A stretch of DNA of 64,000 nt from Bacilli bacterium (GCA_017404555.1 JAFRCD010000001.1:15850-79849); one strand, 5' to 3'. Shown: positions 19,294 to 28,957, numbered from the stretch's first letter. The notes: a model not told the origin generated them from the sequence alone. Program-made: numbers and translations.

Positions 19294-19948
19294 GCTAAAT
19301 GTTTTATATGAAGATAATCATGTTATCGTAGTAGAAAAACCAGTTAACGTTCTAAGTCAAGCTGATAGTACCAAAGATATTGATATGCTTACGTTAGTAA
19401 AAGAATATATTAAAGAGAAATATCATAAACCAGGTAATGTCTACTTAGGATTAGTTCACCGTCTAGATCGCCCTGTTGGAGGAATTATGGTTTTTGCTAG
19501 AACTTCTAAAGCGGCATCCCGCTTATCTGAACAAGTACGAACTAATAAAATAGAAAAAGTTTATCTAGCGATTGTTAAAGGTATTTTAAAAGAAAAAGAA
19601 GGTACTTTTAAAGATAAGATTAAGAAAATAGAAAATGGTAATTCTATTATTGCTGAAGATGGAAAAGAAGCAATTCTTAATTACCAGGTTCTATCTGAAA
19701 AAGAAGGACTATCATTAGTAAAAGTAAAACTAATAACTGGTCGCCATCATCAAATAAGAGTACAATTTTCATCAAGAGGATATCCTTTATGTGGTGATCA
19801 AAGATATGGTGACGAGGATAAAACACAGATTGCTTTATATGCCTATGAACTTTCGTTTTACCATCCAACGACTAAAGAAAAGCTAACATTTACTTTACTT
19901 CCTAAAGGTAATTGGTGGACAGAATTTACACTGTCAAAATATGTCTAA
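19286..19948 (+). CDS. RluA-family pseudouridine synthase
   Basis: LVHRLDRPVGG contains the catalytic Asp motif. LYEDNHVIVVEKP is a typical N-terminus. Confidence 0.8.
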   Translation: MSKLNVLYEDNHVIVVEKPVNVLSQADSTKDIDMLTLVKEYIKEKYHKPGNVYLGLVHRLDRPVGGIMVFARTSKAASRLSEQVRTNKIEKVYLAIVKGILKEKEGTFKDKIKKIENGNSIIAEDGKEAILNYQVLSEKEGLSLVKVKLITGRHHQIRVQFSSRGYPLCGDQRYGDEDKTQIALYAYELSFYHPTTKEKLTFTLLPKGNWWTEFTLSKYV

Positions 19949-19954
19949 TGAAAT

Positions 19955-19981
19955 AAATATTTGCAAATGCAAATATTTTTT
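19955..19981 (+). terminator. rho-independent terminator (perfect 11-nt inverted repeat plus T-run)
   Basis: aaatatttgca-aa-tgcaaatatttttt. Confidence 0.6.
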
Positions 19982-20022
19982 GTTATTATATATGTTAGAT
20001 AAGAATAAAGGAGAATGGCTAT

Positions 20023-20934
20023 ATGAAAAACTTTGATTTTAGTTGGTTTTTAACAATACCAGGAATGTTGATTACCGGAGGAGTATTATTATTAATTATT
20101 GCCTTGATAATATTTATTGCTACTTCAGGTAAGAAAGATAAAAAAGATAAGAAGAAAGGGAAGGAAGAAGTACCAGTGGATAATAATATGATGAATGCTG
20201 CACCAGCAGCCGGAGCTGTAGCTCCAAATCCAGAAATTGCAACTATGGATGTACCAGCTGATACACCAGCTGAAGCACCAACAGAGGCTCCAGCAATCCC
20301 AATTGAGGTACCTGATCCAACTACTGAAGCTACTCCAGAGCCAGCAGAACCATTTGCTGTACCTGAGGCTACACCTACTCCTGAAACACCAGCAGCAGAG
20401 ACACCTGCTGTAGAAACTCCAGTAGTAGAAGCAGCACCAGTAGAAACTCCTGCTGTAGAAACACCAGTAGTGGAAGCTGCTCCAGTAGAGGCAGCACCAG
20501 TAGAAGCTACTCCAGTTGAAACTCCTGTTGTAGAGGCAGCGCCAGTAGAGACTCCAGTAGTAGAAGCTGCTCCAGTGGAGACACCAGTAGCTGATGCTCA
20601 AGTACCAGAAGTACCAGTAGTAGAAACACCAGTAGTAGAAGCTGCTCCAGTAGAGGCAGCACCAGTAGAAGCTACTCCAGTTTATGGCGGTGCTGATCCG
20701 AGTGTAAGCAATGTAGATGTTACTCCAGCTGAAGAGCCAAAACAAATATATGGTGGCGCTAATCCTGCTGATAATACCGGTGTAGTAGAAGCTACTCCAG
20801 TAGAAACTCCAGTAGTAGAGGCAGCACCTGTAGAAGCCGCTCCAGCAGCAACTCCAGTAACACCAGTTAGTGTTCAACCAGTTGGTGAACCAAGTTCAAT
20901 CCCAACAGTTGTTCAAAACGAAACAAATAATTAA
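20023..20934 (+). CDS. membrane-anchored Pro/Ala/Val/Glu/Thr-rich repeat protein
   Basis: N-terminal TM (LTIPGMLITGGVLLLIIALIIFI) is followed by a low-complexity region with (E/A)(T/A)PVVEAAPV repeats. Confidence 0.65.
   Translation: MKNFDFSWFLTIPGMLITGGVLLLIIALIIFIATSGKKDKKDKKKGKEEVPVDNNMMNAAPAAGAVAPNPEIATMDVPADTPAEAPTEAPAIPIEVPDPTTEATPEPAEPFAVPEATPTPETPAAETPAVETPVVEAAPVETPAVETPVVEAAPVEAAPVEATPVETPVVEAAPVETPVVEAAPVETPVADAQVPEVPVVETPVVEAAPVEAAPVEATPVYGGADPSVSNVDVTPAEEPKQIYGGANPADNTGVVEATPVETPVVEAAPVEAAPAATPVTPVSVQPVGEPSSIPTVVQNETNN
20380..20680 (+). repeat. imperfect tandem repeats of about 30 nt encoding ETPVVEAAPV units
   Basis: Recurrent gaaactcc(a/t)g(t/c)(a/t)gtagaagc(a/t)gc(a/t)ccagta blocks are visible in the DNA. 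Confidence 0.7.
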
Positions 20935-20955
20935 CGAGCATAGCTCGTTTTTTTG
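20934..20955 (+). terminator. rho-independent terminator
   Basis: acgagc-ata-gctcgt followed by a T7 run. Confidence 0.7.
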
Positions 20956-21006
20956 TCATAAAAAAAAGACCTTTTCATATGTTTTATTAGAAAGAAGGTA
21001 AAATAT

Positions 21007-21267
21007 ATGGAAACACTTAAAGTAAGTAGTAAATCTAATCCCAATAGTGTTGCGGGAGCTCTTGCCAATGTTTTTAGAGAAAATGATAAAGTAGAAATTC
21101 AAGCTATTGGAGCTGGTGCTTTAAATCAAGCTATTAAAGCTGTTGCTATTGCTAGAGGATTTGTTGCTCCTGCTGGTAAGAACTTAGTATGTATTCCTGC
21201 ATTCACAGATATTGCTATTGATGGAGAAGAAAAAACAGCTATTAAACTAATAATTGAAAGCAAGTAA
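21007..21267 (+). CDS. spoVS: stage V sporulation protein S
   Basis: 86 aa. Near-identical pattern to B. subtilis SpoVS (SNPNSVAGALA...IQAIGAGALNQA[IV]KAVAIARGFVAP...CIPAFTDI.IDGEE.TAIKLI). Confidence 0.9.
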   Translation: METLKVSSKSNPNSVAGALANVFRENDKVEIQAIGAGALNQAIKAVAIARGFVAPAGKNLVCIPAFTDIAIDGEEKTAIKLIIESK

Positions 21268-21286
21268 TTAAAACTTGCTTTTTTTT
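21258..21286 (+). terminator. rho-independent terminator
   Basis: aagcaagt-aattaaa-acttgctt followed by a T8 run. Confidence 0.65.
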
Positions 21287-21373
21287 ATTGTAGATTTTAA
21301 CTAATTATAAATATTTATATATAAAAATGGTAATTTGTATGTAAAAGAGTTATCAATTAGTAAAAAGGATCAT

Positions 21374-21401
21374 TTGACATATAAACAGTATTTGTTATTA
21401 T
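21374..21401 (+). promoter_or_regulatory. putative sigma-A promoter (TTGACA, 16-nt spacer, TATTAT)
   Basis: A consensus -35 and a near-consensus -10 lie about 20 nt upstream of the GGAGG RBS of the 21421 gene. Confidence 0.5.
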
Positions 21402-21420
21402 GCCTTTGATGGAGGTAATA

Positions 21421-22302
21421 ATGAATTACTATAACGAGATAAAGAACAAGCTTATTGATAATGAGATATATATTAAAGTAAAAGATTATTCTAAAGAAAG
21501 AAATAGAGTAATTACTTATTATGAAGTGGGTAAGTTATTAAGTTCTGCTGGCAAACAATATGGTGATGGAATAATTAAAGAGTATTCAAAAAGATTAACC
21601 AATGAAGTTGGAAAAAAATATACTGTTAGATATTTGTTTGATATTAGGAGATTATACTATTTTTTAAAAGTGCACCCGCTGGATGCATTTTTAACATTTT
21701 CTCATTATAGAGTTTTATTTGTCTTGAAAGATGACAACGAAGTCAATTATTACATAAATCAAACTGTTGAAAGAAATTTATCAAAACGGGCATTACAAGA
21801 GGTAATTAAAAATAAAGAGTATGAAAGATTGCCAGAGAAAACTAAAAAGAAATTAATAGAAAACAAAAATACTAGTGTACAGGATTTAATTAAAAATCCT
21901 ATTATAATAAGAAATCCTAATAATATAGAAGTAGTAAAAGAAAAGGTACTACAAAGATTAATACTAGAAGATATAGATAACTTTTTAAAGGAGTTAGGAG
22001 ACGGATTTAGTTATATTGAAAATGAATACAAAATAAAGATAGGACCTAGTTATAATTATATAGATTTATTACTTTTTAATTATAAATATAATTGTTTTGT
22101 GGTAGTAGAGTTAAAAGTAATTCCTCTAAAGAAAGAACATATAGGACAGATAAAAGTATACATGAACTACATAGATAATCATTTAAGAAATATTAATCAA
22201 GATAAGACAATAGGTATTATTATATGCAAACATAATAATACATTTATTATGGAATACTGTTCCGATAAAAGGATTCTTTCTAAAGAATATAGTTTGGTTT
22301 AA
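21421..22302 (+). CDS. DUF1016/YhcG-family PD-(D/E)XK nuclease
   Basis: C-terminal core IDLLLFNYKYNCFVVVELKV (D...ELK), with an N-terminal YhcG-like region. Confidence 0.65.
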   Translation: MNYYNEIKNKLIDNEIYIKVKDYSKERNRVITYYEVGKLLSSAGKQYGDGIIKEYSKRLTNEVGKKYTVRYLFDIRRLYYFLKVHPLDAFLTFSHYRVLFVLKDDNEVNYYINQTVERNLSKRALQEVIKNKEYERLPEKTKKKLIENKNTSVQDLIKNPIIIRNPNNIEVVKEKVLQRLILEDIDNFLKELGDGFSYIENEYKIKIGPSYNYIDLLLFNYKYNCFVVVELKVIPLKKEHIGQIKVYMNYIDNHLRNINQDKTIGIIICKHNNTFIMEYCSDKRILSKEYSLV

Positions 22303-22366
22303 TTTTTGACTTTTTCATTTATTTTTAGTATAATATCTACTTGTCCCTTAAAGGAGAGGTGAAAAC

Positions 22367-23038
22367 ATGTTTTATGATGAGGAAAAAGCTATTACTAAAT
22401 GTGAAGAACAACCGGCCCTCATATTTGAACTGATGAAGGAAGAGTATTTTGATACTGTTGATAAAGTTCTTTCTAAAAGAAAGTTTGATATCAATGTTTC
22501 TGATGAAAATGGTGATAGTGTTCTTCAGAAATTATTAAAACTAGGTCAATATGATTTGGTTCTAAAACATATGAAGAAGAAAAACTGGCACGTTAATCAT
22601 CAAAACAACAGTGGTAATACTTTTGCTCATATATTAGTTACTATTGATTATTTGAAAGTTAAAAATATTATGGATGCTTTAAGTAAAAGAAAAGACTTTA
22701 TTCCTAATATTAAAAATAATAATGATGAAACCATCTTAGATAAATCTAAATATATTTATACTTCCCTTAGAATTATTAAAGATAATCGTTTCAATAATAT
22801 TGATACTATAGCTTTCTATAATTTATATAAGAACTATATTAAATCATCAGTTTATGGAAAGTACTCCAAACTTAATAATTTAGAATTAATTATTACTAAT
22901 TTAAATAAGAAGGAAAACCTTCTACCAAGATTACAATTAGTAATTGATACTCTAATTGTTAATATGGAGGAAATAAAGAAAGAATTAGAAGAAAATAACA
23001 TGACTAGTATTGATCGAATGATTACTTCATTTATTTAA
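22367..23038 (+). CDS. ankyrin-repeat protein
   Basis: NGDSVLQKLLKLGQYDLVLKHM and SGNTFAHILV match the ankyrin consensus (xGxTxLHxAxxxGxxxxVxxLL). Confidence 0.6.
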   Translation: MFYDEEKAITKCEEQPALIFELMKEEYFDTVDKVLSKRKFDINVSDENGDSVLQKLLKLGQYDLVLKHMKKKNWHVNHQNNSGNTFAHILVTIDYLKVKNIMDALSKRKDFIPNIKNNNDETILDKSKYIYTSLRIIKDNRFNNIDTIAFYNLYKNYIKSSVYGKYSKLNNLELIITNLNKKENLLPRLQLVIDTLIVNMEEIKKELEENNMTSIDRMITSFI

Positions 23039-23089
23039 TACGTTGTGTTTTTTTTCTTAATAAGATATGATATTAGAGGAAGTGATACT

Positions 23090-24499
23090 ATGCAGTTACC
23101 TGATTATAAAGAAGCTCGTAAACGAAATAAAAACTATCAAAGAATAGAGTATGTAATCGACAAAAAATTAAAAGACAAGTATCAAGGTAAGACTTATTAT
23201 ATAAGAACTTATGGTTGTCAAATGAATGAACATGATACCGAGAATATTAAAGCTATTTTAGAGCAATTAGGTTTAAAAGAAATAGATAATATGAATAAAG
23301 CTGATATTGTTTTACTTAATACTTGTTCTATTAGAGAAAATGCTCATAATAAAGCTTTTGGTATGTTAGGAAGATTAAAACATTTAAAAGAAGAGAGAAA
23401 AGATTTAATAGTTGGTCTATGTGGTTGTATGGCTCAAGAGACTGGGGTAATAGAAGAAATACTAAAGAATTATCCTTGGGTAAACTTTGTTTTTGGTACG
23501 CATAATATGTATAACTTACCAGAGATATTAGATGAAGCTATTACTACTAAGAAACAACAAATAGAAGTATTCTCTAAAGAAGGAGATCTAATAGAAGATA
23601 TCCCAGTTAAAAGAGAAAACAAATTCAAAGCTTATGTCAACATTATTTATGGTTGTGATAAATTCTGTACTTACTGTATTGTTCCATTTACTAGAGGTGG
23701 AGAAAGAAGTAGAAAGAAAGAAGATATCTTAAAAGAAATAGAAAAACTAGTACAAGATGGTTATAAAGAAGTAACTTTACTAGGACAAAATGTTAATGCT
23801 TATGGTAAAGATATTTATGATGACTATGGCTTAGGAGAATTATTAGAAGATGTAGCTAAAACTAAAATACCTAGAATTAGATTTATGACTTCTCATCCTT
23901 GGGATTTTACATCTAAAATGGTTGATGTAATCGCTAAATACGATAATATTATGCCTGCTATTCACTTGCCAGTTCAAAGTGGATCAGATAGAATTCTTAA
24001 ATTAATGGGTAGAAGATATACTAAAGAAAAGTATTTAAAACTATTTAAGGAAATAAGAGAAAAGGTTAAAGGCTGTACCATTTCTACTGATATTATAGTA
24101 GGTTTTCCTAATGAAACAGAAGAAGATTTTGAAGAAACAATTGATTTAGTAAATATATGTAAATTTGATAATGCTTTTACTTTTATTTATTCTCCTAGAG
24201 AAAATACTCCAGCTGCTAAATTAAAGGACAATGTAACAATAGAAGAAAAAGAGAAAAGACTATATAAACTTAATGAAATAGTTAATGGCTACTTTAAAGA
24301 AAACAATGAGAAATTAGTTGGTGAAACAGTTAAAGTTTTAACTGAAGGTGAATCTGCTAAAAAAGATAACTATTATGGTTATACTGATACTAATAAATTA
24401 ATTAACTTTACTGGTAAAAAATTACAACCAGGGGACTTAGTCAATGTTAAAGTAACAGAGGCTAAAACTTGGAGCTTGGATGGTGTTCTAGATGAATAA
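23090..24499 (+). CDS. miaB: tRNA-2-methylthio-N6-dimethylallyladenosine synthase (radical SAM methylthiotransferase)
   Basis: YIRTYGCQMNEHD (UPF0004 Cys), CDKFCTYC (radical-SAM CxxxCxxC) and a TRAM-domain C-terminus. Confidence 0.9.
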   Translation: MQLPDYKEARKRNKNYQRIEYVIDKKLKDKYQGKTYYIRTYGCQMNEHDTENIKAILEQLGLKEIDNMNKADIVLLNTCSIRENAHNKAFGMLGRLKHLKEERKDLIVGLCGCMAQETGVIEEILKNYPWVNFVFGTHNMYNLPEILDEAITTKKQQIEVFSKEGDLIEDIPVKRENKFKAYVNIIYGCDKFCTYCIVPFTRGGERSRKKEDILKEIEKLVQDGYKEVTLLGQNVNAYGKDIYDDYGLGELLEDVAKTKIPRIRFMTSHPWDFTSKMVDVIAKYDNIMPAIHLPVQSGSDRILKLMGRRYTKEKYLKLFKEIREKVKGCTISTDIIVGFPNETEEDFEETIDLVNICKFDNAFTFIYSPRENTPAAKLKDNVTIEEKEKRLYKLNEIVNGYFKENNEKLVGETVKVLTEGESAKKDNYYGYTDTNKLINFTGKKLQPGDLVNVKVTEAKTWSLDGVLDE

Positions 24500-24821
24500 A
24501 GAAATAGATAAAAGTCTAGAAGAAGTTATTAATTATATAAAGAGTAAAAAAGAGTATCAAAAGTGCATTGATCTAAAAAAGAAAATGAATAATAATAAAG
24601 AACTTACTACTTTAATTAATGATATTAAGAAAAAACAAAAAGAGTATATCAACAGCGGAAATAGTGTCAAGTTAGAAAAAGGATTAAAAAAGCTAAATAA
24701 TGAATTAGACAAATATCCTATATATATAGAATATAATAACAATCTGAAAACAATTAATGAAGATATTGAAATTTTAAAAAAAAGGTTAAATGATTACTTT
24801 ACAAGTGTTATAGAGATATAA
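24492..24821 (+). CDS. YmcA/RicA-like (YlbF/YmcA family) protein
   Basis: A small helical protein sits immediately after miaB, as ymcB-ymcA does in B. subtilis, with a coiled-coil-like composition. The assignment is weak. Confidence 0.4.
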   Translation: MNKEIDKSLEEVINYIKSKKEYQKCIDLKKKMNNNKELTTLINDIKKKQKEYINSGNSVKLEKGLKKLNNELDKYPIYIEYNNNLKTINEDIEILKKRLNDYFTSVIEI

Positions 24822-24833
24822 CACTTTTTTTTG
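24806..24833 (+). terminator. rho-independent terminator
   Basis: gtgttata-gaga-tataacac followed by a T8 run. Confidence 0.7.
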
Positions 24834-24884
24834 AAATAAAAAGAAAAAAGTTATATAATTGAATATATAATGAGGAGAATCAGT

Positions 24885-27800
24885 ATGAAAAAACGCCAAA
24901 ATATATTTTTATTTATAATAGCAGGATTATTATTTTGTGGAGGATTGACGGGCTTTATTATGACTTTAAGAGCATCGCTAGCTGAAGTGGGTACCAACAC
25001 TTTATATGGTGCTATTGCAGCTGATCCTTTAACAGCAGTTTATGAAGGAGAACATCAAGATAGTTTAGATGGTTCTGGAAATGAAGCAATCCATTATTTC
25101 ACAGGTAGTGATGAGATAGTAAATCACAATAATGTAAAGCTAGGGGATACTTGTTGGCAAGTATTAAGAACTACTGATACTGGTGGAGTTAAAATGATTT
25201 ATAATGGTCCTTATGATGAAACCAACAAATGTAACTCTTCAAGAGGAACTCATAAAGGTATAATTAATACAAAAGGAGAGACAACAGATTTATCTGGTGG
25301 AGCTTATTTATACGGTTATGGTTTTACTTATAATGAGTCAACGGGAGAATTTACTTTAATTAATCCAATCAGTGCAACTTGGAGTAGTTCAACATATAAA
25401 AGTTTAGAGGGCAAATATACTTGTATGAGTACTTCTGATACTTGTACAACCATTTATAATATTCATAGTTATAGTAGTGATACAAGCGCTAAAACAACTA
25501 GTTATACAATCGATGATACCCACTATTCTCAAATTGGAACAAGTCCCTTCAATATAAATTCCAATCTGGCTATGGGCGGATATATGACTAATAGTTCCTA
25601 TTCCACTACGGCAACTTCTTATACAGCGCAAGCAGAACAGGTTTTACAGCAAAGCAGCAGTTTGTTTACAAATAGTTATTACTATGGATCAAGCATAAAA
25701 ACTAATGGTAGTCTCTATAATATAGGAGGAACAATAAGTAGAAATCCGGGAGCAGGATTATATACAGTCTTGTCTTCTAGTCTTTATGGTTCAACAGCAT
25801 ATTATATAGTCGGTAAAAGCGGTTCAGTATTTTATTACTTAACTTTAACTGGCGGTAAATCGCTAGCTGCAACTGAGAAATACTACACGTATGGGGATAG
25901 TTATACAGGAAATACTATAGCTAATCCTTCAAGTTTAAAATCAACAAATTTCTTTTCTAGGCATAATAGTCTTAGAAATAAATTCTATTGTTCTGGCGCA
26001 ACAAGCACTGCTTCTTGTACTCTAAAATATGCTACAAACACAACACCAGCAACAATAAGTTATATTTCAGCCAGTGGTACAAAATATGGTAATAAAGTAA
26101 CCTATGCTAATGGAAAATATACTTTGGTAGGTGTAGTAACTGGTTTTCCAGATAAGAACCACCATTATACATGTAATAATGGAGCAACAACTTGTGCAAC
26201 GGCATACTATGTAAATTCTTTTAGTGGAAATGCTTTGCGCCGAATAACACTAACTGGCGGAAAAAACATCAATAACGTTATTGAAGAAATGTATGATTCT
26301 AATTCCGTAAACCACTATAATTCATCGATAAAAAGTCAGATAGAAGGTTGGTATAGAGCAAAACTAGCTAATTATACAAAGTATTTTGAGGACGCTATAT
26401 ATTGTAACGATCGAACTAGAGCCAATCAATCAGAAAGTGGATTTGGCCCAAGTGGAGGAAGTTTAACAAAATCATTATATTTTACTGATCGAAATGACAA
26501 TACAGCTTTGAAATGTACTAAGCAAACTGATCAATTTGCAGTTGGTAATATTAAGGCTAAGAATAAATATCCTGTGGGATTAGCAGCAGCTGCAGAAATG
26601 AATTTATTAGATAATGATGCGGCCAGGACGACAGGAGAAAGCTATTGGTTAGGATCACCTTATGCTGCTAGTATTTATGCTAGCAATGGTTATATCAATA
26701 ATGAGGGAAGTGTTATATCTTATAATACAGGTGAACCTCGCGGGACTCGTCCAGTAGTATCTTTGAAAGCTGGCACAAAATATATATCAGGAACTGGTTC
26801 GCAAACAGATCCATATGTAATTGATATAAGGCCAGTCATAACTACTAGCGTTAAACATGGTACTATAACCGAAACTGATCAAGTAGAAGAAGGTTCCAAC
26901 AAGACAATTAGTTATAGCCCTGATAGCGGTTATCAGTTAAAGAGTATTAAAGTAGATGGTGAAGAGGTAAGTATTACTACATATGCTAATAGTTATGCAT
27001 TTAATAATATAACTGAAGATCATGCTATAGAAGTAGAATACTGGAAACCAACAATAACTACAAGCGTTATTCACGGAACAATAACTGAAACATCAGATGT
27101 GGATTCTGGTGAAGATAAAACAATTAATTATAGCCCTGATAGTGGTTATGATTTGAAAAAGATTACAGTAGATGGTGTAGATGTAAGTATTAGTGCTCAT
27201 GCTAGTAGCTATACATTTACTAATGTAACCGAAGATCATTCAATTGAAGTTGAGTATTGGAAACCAACAATAACTACTTCTGTTATTCATGGAACAATAA
27301 CTGAAACATCAGATGTAGATTCTGGTGAAGATAAGACAATTAATTATAGTCCAGATACGGGGTACAGATTAGAAAGTATAAAAGTAGATGGCGTAGAAGC
27401 TAGTATAACAGCTTACCCTAATAGTTATACCTTTAACAATGTAACAGAGGATCATACCATAGAAGTAGTATATGTCAATAAAAAAGTAGGCTATATAGTA
27501 AACTATTTAGAAAATGAAACTGATAAAGTCTTACATACTCAAAAACGAGAGGAAAATGCTTACTACGGTGATGAAATAATCAGCATACAAGAGATGATTG
27601 ATATTGATAATTATCACTTCGTTGATTTCAACAAAGAACGAATAGTACTAGAGGAAAATATCAATGATAATATCATTAATCTATACTATGAAAAAAATAG
27701 TAAAGAAGAAGTAATTACTGAACATAGTATGGTTCTTACTAGTGAAAAAGCAAAAATAACAAGTGAAGAAGACAAAGTTGATTATCAAATTAAATATCGA

Positions 27801-28325
27801 GTAGGTTTAGAAAACTATGTTGGTAAGGTCAAAGCTAAAATCACAGCATATTTACCATATCAAATAGATCTTGATGAATCTGATTTGGATGGTGGTAAGT
27901 ATAATAAAGATTATCGAACTATTACTTGGGAAGGAACAGTTGATATTGATAGAGAAAATAATCAAATTAGTTTTGATAAGGATATCGAATTAGTATATAA
28001 AGGTTACGATCTAAGTAAAAATGAACTTATTAATGTAGTTGCTGGCGAAATTACTTTAAAAGATTTAGATGATTATACTGAAGAAGTCTATGATACTAAA
28101 ACTACGAGTGTTGATATTAAAAAAGACGTTAAGCCAGATGTTAAACCTGATGATAAAGGAACAAATAATAAAGATAAGTCTAGTTCAACTAATAAAATAG
28201 TATCTGATCGAGTAAATAGTCCAAATACTACAACTAGAAATATGTTCTTATATATAATTGTTATGATGATATCTATCGTATGCTTCGGATTAGGTGTTAA
28301 AAATTATAAACAAATAAAGAGTTAA
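24885..28325 (+). CDS. large surface protein with N-terminal TM/signal anchor, three tandem 72-aa beta-sandwich-like repeats and a C-terminal TM anchor
   Basis: About 1147 aa. The N-terminal segment is FLFIIAGLLFCGGLTGFIM. The C-terminal segment is MFLYIIVMMISIVCFGLGV followed by KNYKQIKS. Repeats of the form KPTITTSVIHGTITETSDVDSGEDKTINYSPDSGY... are present. Confidence 0.7.
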   Translation: MKKRQNIFLFIIAGLLFCGGLTGFIMTLRASLAEVGTNTLYGAIAADPLTAVYEGEHQDSLDGSGNEAIHYFTGSDEIVNHNNVKLGDTCWQVLRTTDTGGVKMIYNGPYDETNKCNSSRGTHKGIINTKGETTDLSGGAYLYGYGFTYNESTGEFTLINPISATWSSSTYKSLEGKYTCMSTSDTCTTIYNIHSYSSDTSAKTTSYTIDDTHYSQIGTSPFNINSNLAMGGYMTNSSYSTTATSYTAQAEQVLQQSSSLFTNSYYYGSSIKTNGSLYNIGGTISRNPGAGLYTVLSSSLYGSTAYYIVGKSGSVFYYLTLTGGKSLAATEKYYTYGDSYTGNTIANPSSLKSTNFFSRHNSLRNKFYCSGATSTASCTLKYATNTTPATISYISASGTKYGNKVTYANGKYTLVGVVTGFPDKNHHYTCNNGATTCATAYYVNSFSGNALRRITLTGGKNINNVIEEMYDSNSVNHYNSSIKSQIEGWYRAKLANYTKYFEDAIYCNDRTRANQSESGFGPSGGSLTKSLYFTDRNDNTALKCTKQTDQFAVGNIKAKNKYPVGLAAAAEMNLLDNDAARTTGESYWLGSPYAASIYASNGYINNEGSVISYNTGEPRGTRPVVSLKAGTKYISGTGSQTDPYVIDIRPVITTSVKHGTITETDQVEEGSNKTISYSPDSGYQLKSIKVDGEEVSITTYANSYAFNNITEDHAIEVEYWKPTITTSVIHGTITETSDVDSGEDKTINYSPDSGYDLKKITVDGVDVSISAHASSYTFTNVTEDHSIEVEYWKPTITTSVIHGTITETSDVDSGEDKTINYSPDTGYRLESIKVDGVEASITAYPNSYTFNNVTEDHTIEVVYVNKKVGYIVNYLENETDKVLHTQKREENAYYGDEIISIQEMIDIDNYHFVDFNKERIVLEENINDNIINLYYEKNSKEEVITEHSMVLTSEKAKITSEEDKVDYQIKYRVGLENYVGKVKAKITAYLPYQIDLDESDLDGGKYNKDYRTITWEGTVDIDRENNQISFDKDIELVYKGYDLSKNELINVVAGEITLKDLDDYTEEVYDTKTTSVDIKKDVKPDVKPDDKGTNNKDKSSSTNKIVSDRVNSPNTTTRNMFLYIIVMMISIVCFGLGVKNYKQIKS
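26826..27480 (+). repeat. three tandem repeats of about 216 bp inside the surface-protein gene
   Basis: Repeat units 2 and 3 are nearly identical at the DNA level (aaaccaacaataactac...gaagttgagtattgg). Unit 1 is more diverged. Confidence 0.8.
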
Positions 28326-28342
28326 TAAACTCTTTATTTTTT
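28317..28342 (+). terminator. rho-independent terminator overlapping the stop codon
   Basis: aagagtt-aata-aactctt followed by tatttttt. Confidence 0.55.
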
Positions 28343-28394
28343 GTCAAAAAAACTAGTTATTTGCATATTATATAGCAAAAAGGAGTGATATTTT

Positions 28395-28940
28395 ATGCAA
28401 AGAATTAGGGAGATAGTTACTAAAGCTGTAATTGGTAAAGGTAAAAAAGTGTTTACTGATACTGAAAAGATAACCCCAGATAATAAACCTACTACTATTT
28501 TAGGTTGTTGGGTAATTAATCATCAATTCAAAGGAAGTGAGCACAATAATCAAATAGTTATTGATGGTAGTTATGATATTAATATTTGGTATTCTTATGA
28601 TAATGATACGAAAACTGATGTTATTAAGAATACTAATACTTATCATGAAGTAGTAAATATGCAAAATGATGAAGAAGTAGAAAATAGTGAAATTATTATT
28701 AGAAGTTTAAAACAACCTAATTGTACTAATGTTGAAATTGAAAATGGTACTATTAATTATACAGTTGAAAAAGAACTAGGTGTAGAACTAGTAGGTGATG
28801 TCTTTGTTAAGATTGCTGATAACAGTGAAGATTTAGAAGATGATTGGAATGAAATATTAGATCAAAATCCTGAAAAGATAGAGAAAGAAATAGAAGAAGA
28901 AGTACAAGAAGAATTTATCGATGATCAAGAAATTGTCTAA
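28395..28940 (+). CDS. hypothetical acidic protein
   Basis: 181-aa ORF with an RBS AAAGGAG. The C-terminus is Glu/Asp-rich. Confidence 0.5.
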   Translation: MQRIREIVTKAVIGKGKKVFTDTEKITPDNKPTTILGCWVINHQFKGSEHNNQIVIDGSYDINIWYSYDNDTKTDVIKNTNTYHEVVNMQNDEEVENSEIIIRSLKQPNCTNVEIENGTINYTVEKELGVELVGDVFVKIADNSEDLEDDWNEILDQNPEKIEKEIEEEVQEEFIDDQEIV

Positions 28941-28957
28941 CTGTTAGCAAAAAAAGG

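Noticed and set aside
20125-20877. 250-aa ORF on the minus strand, rich in W/Y/S/C
   Set aside because: It lies antisense to the low-complexity PAVE-repeat gene. A periodic sequence keeps the reverse frame open, so it is not an independent gene.
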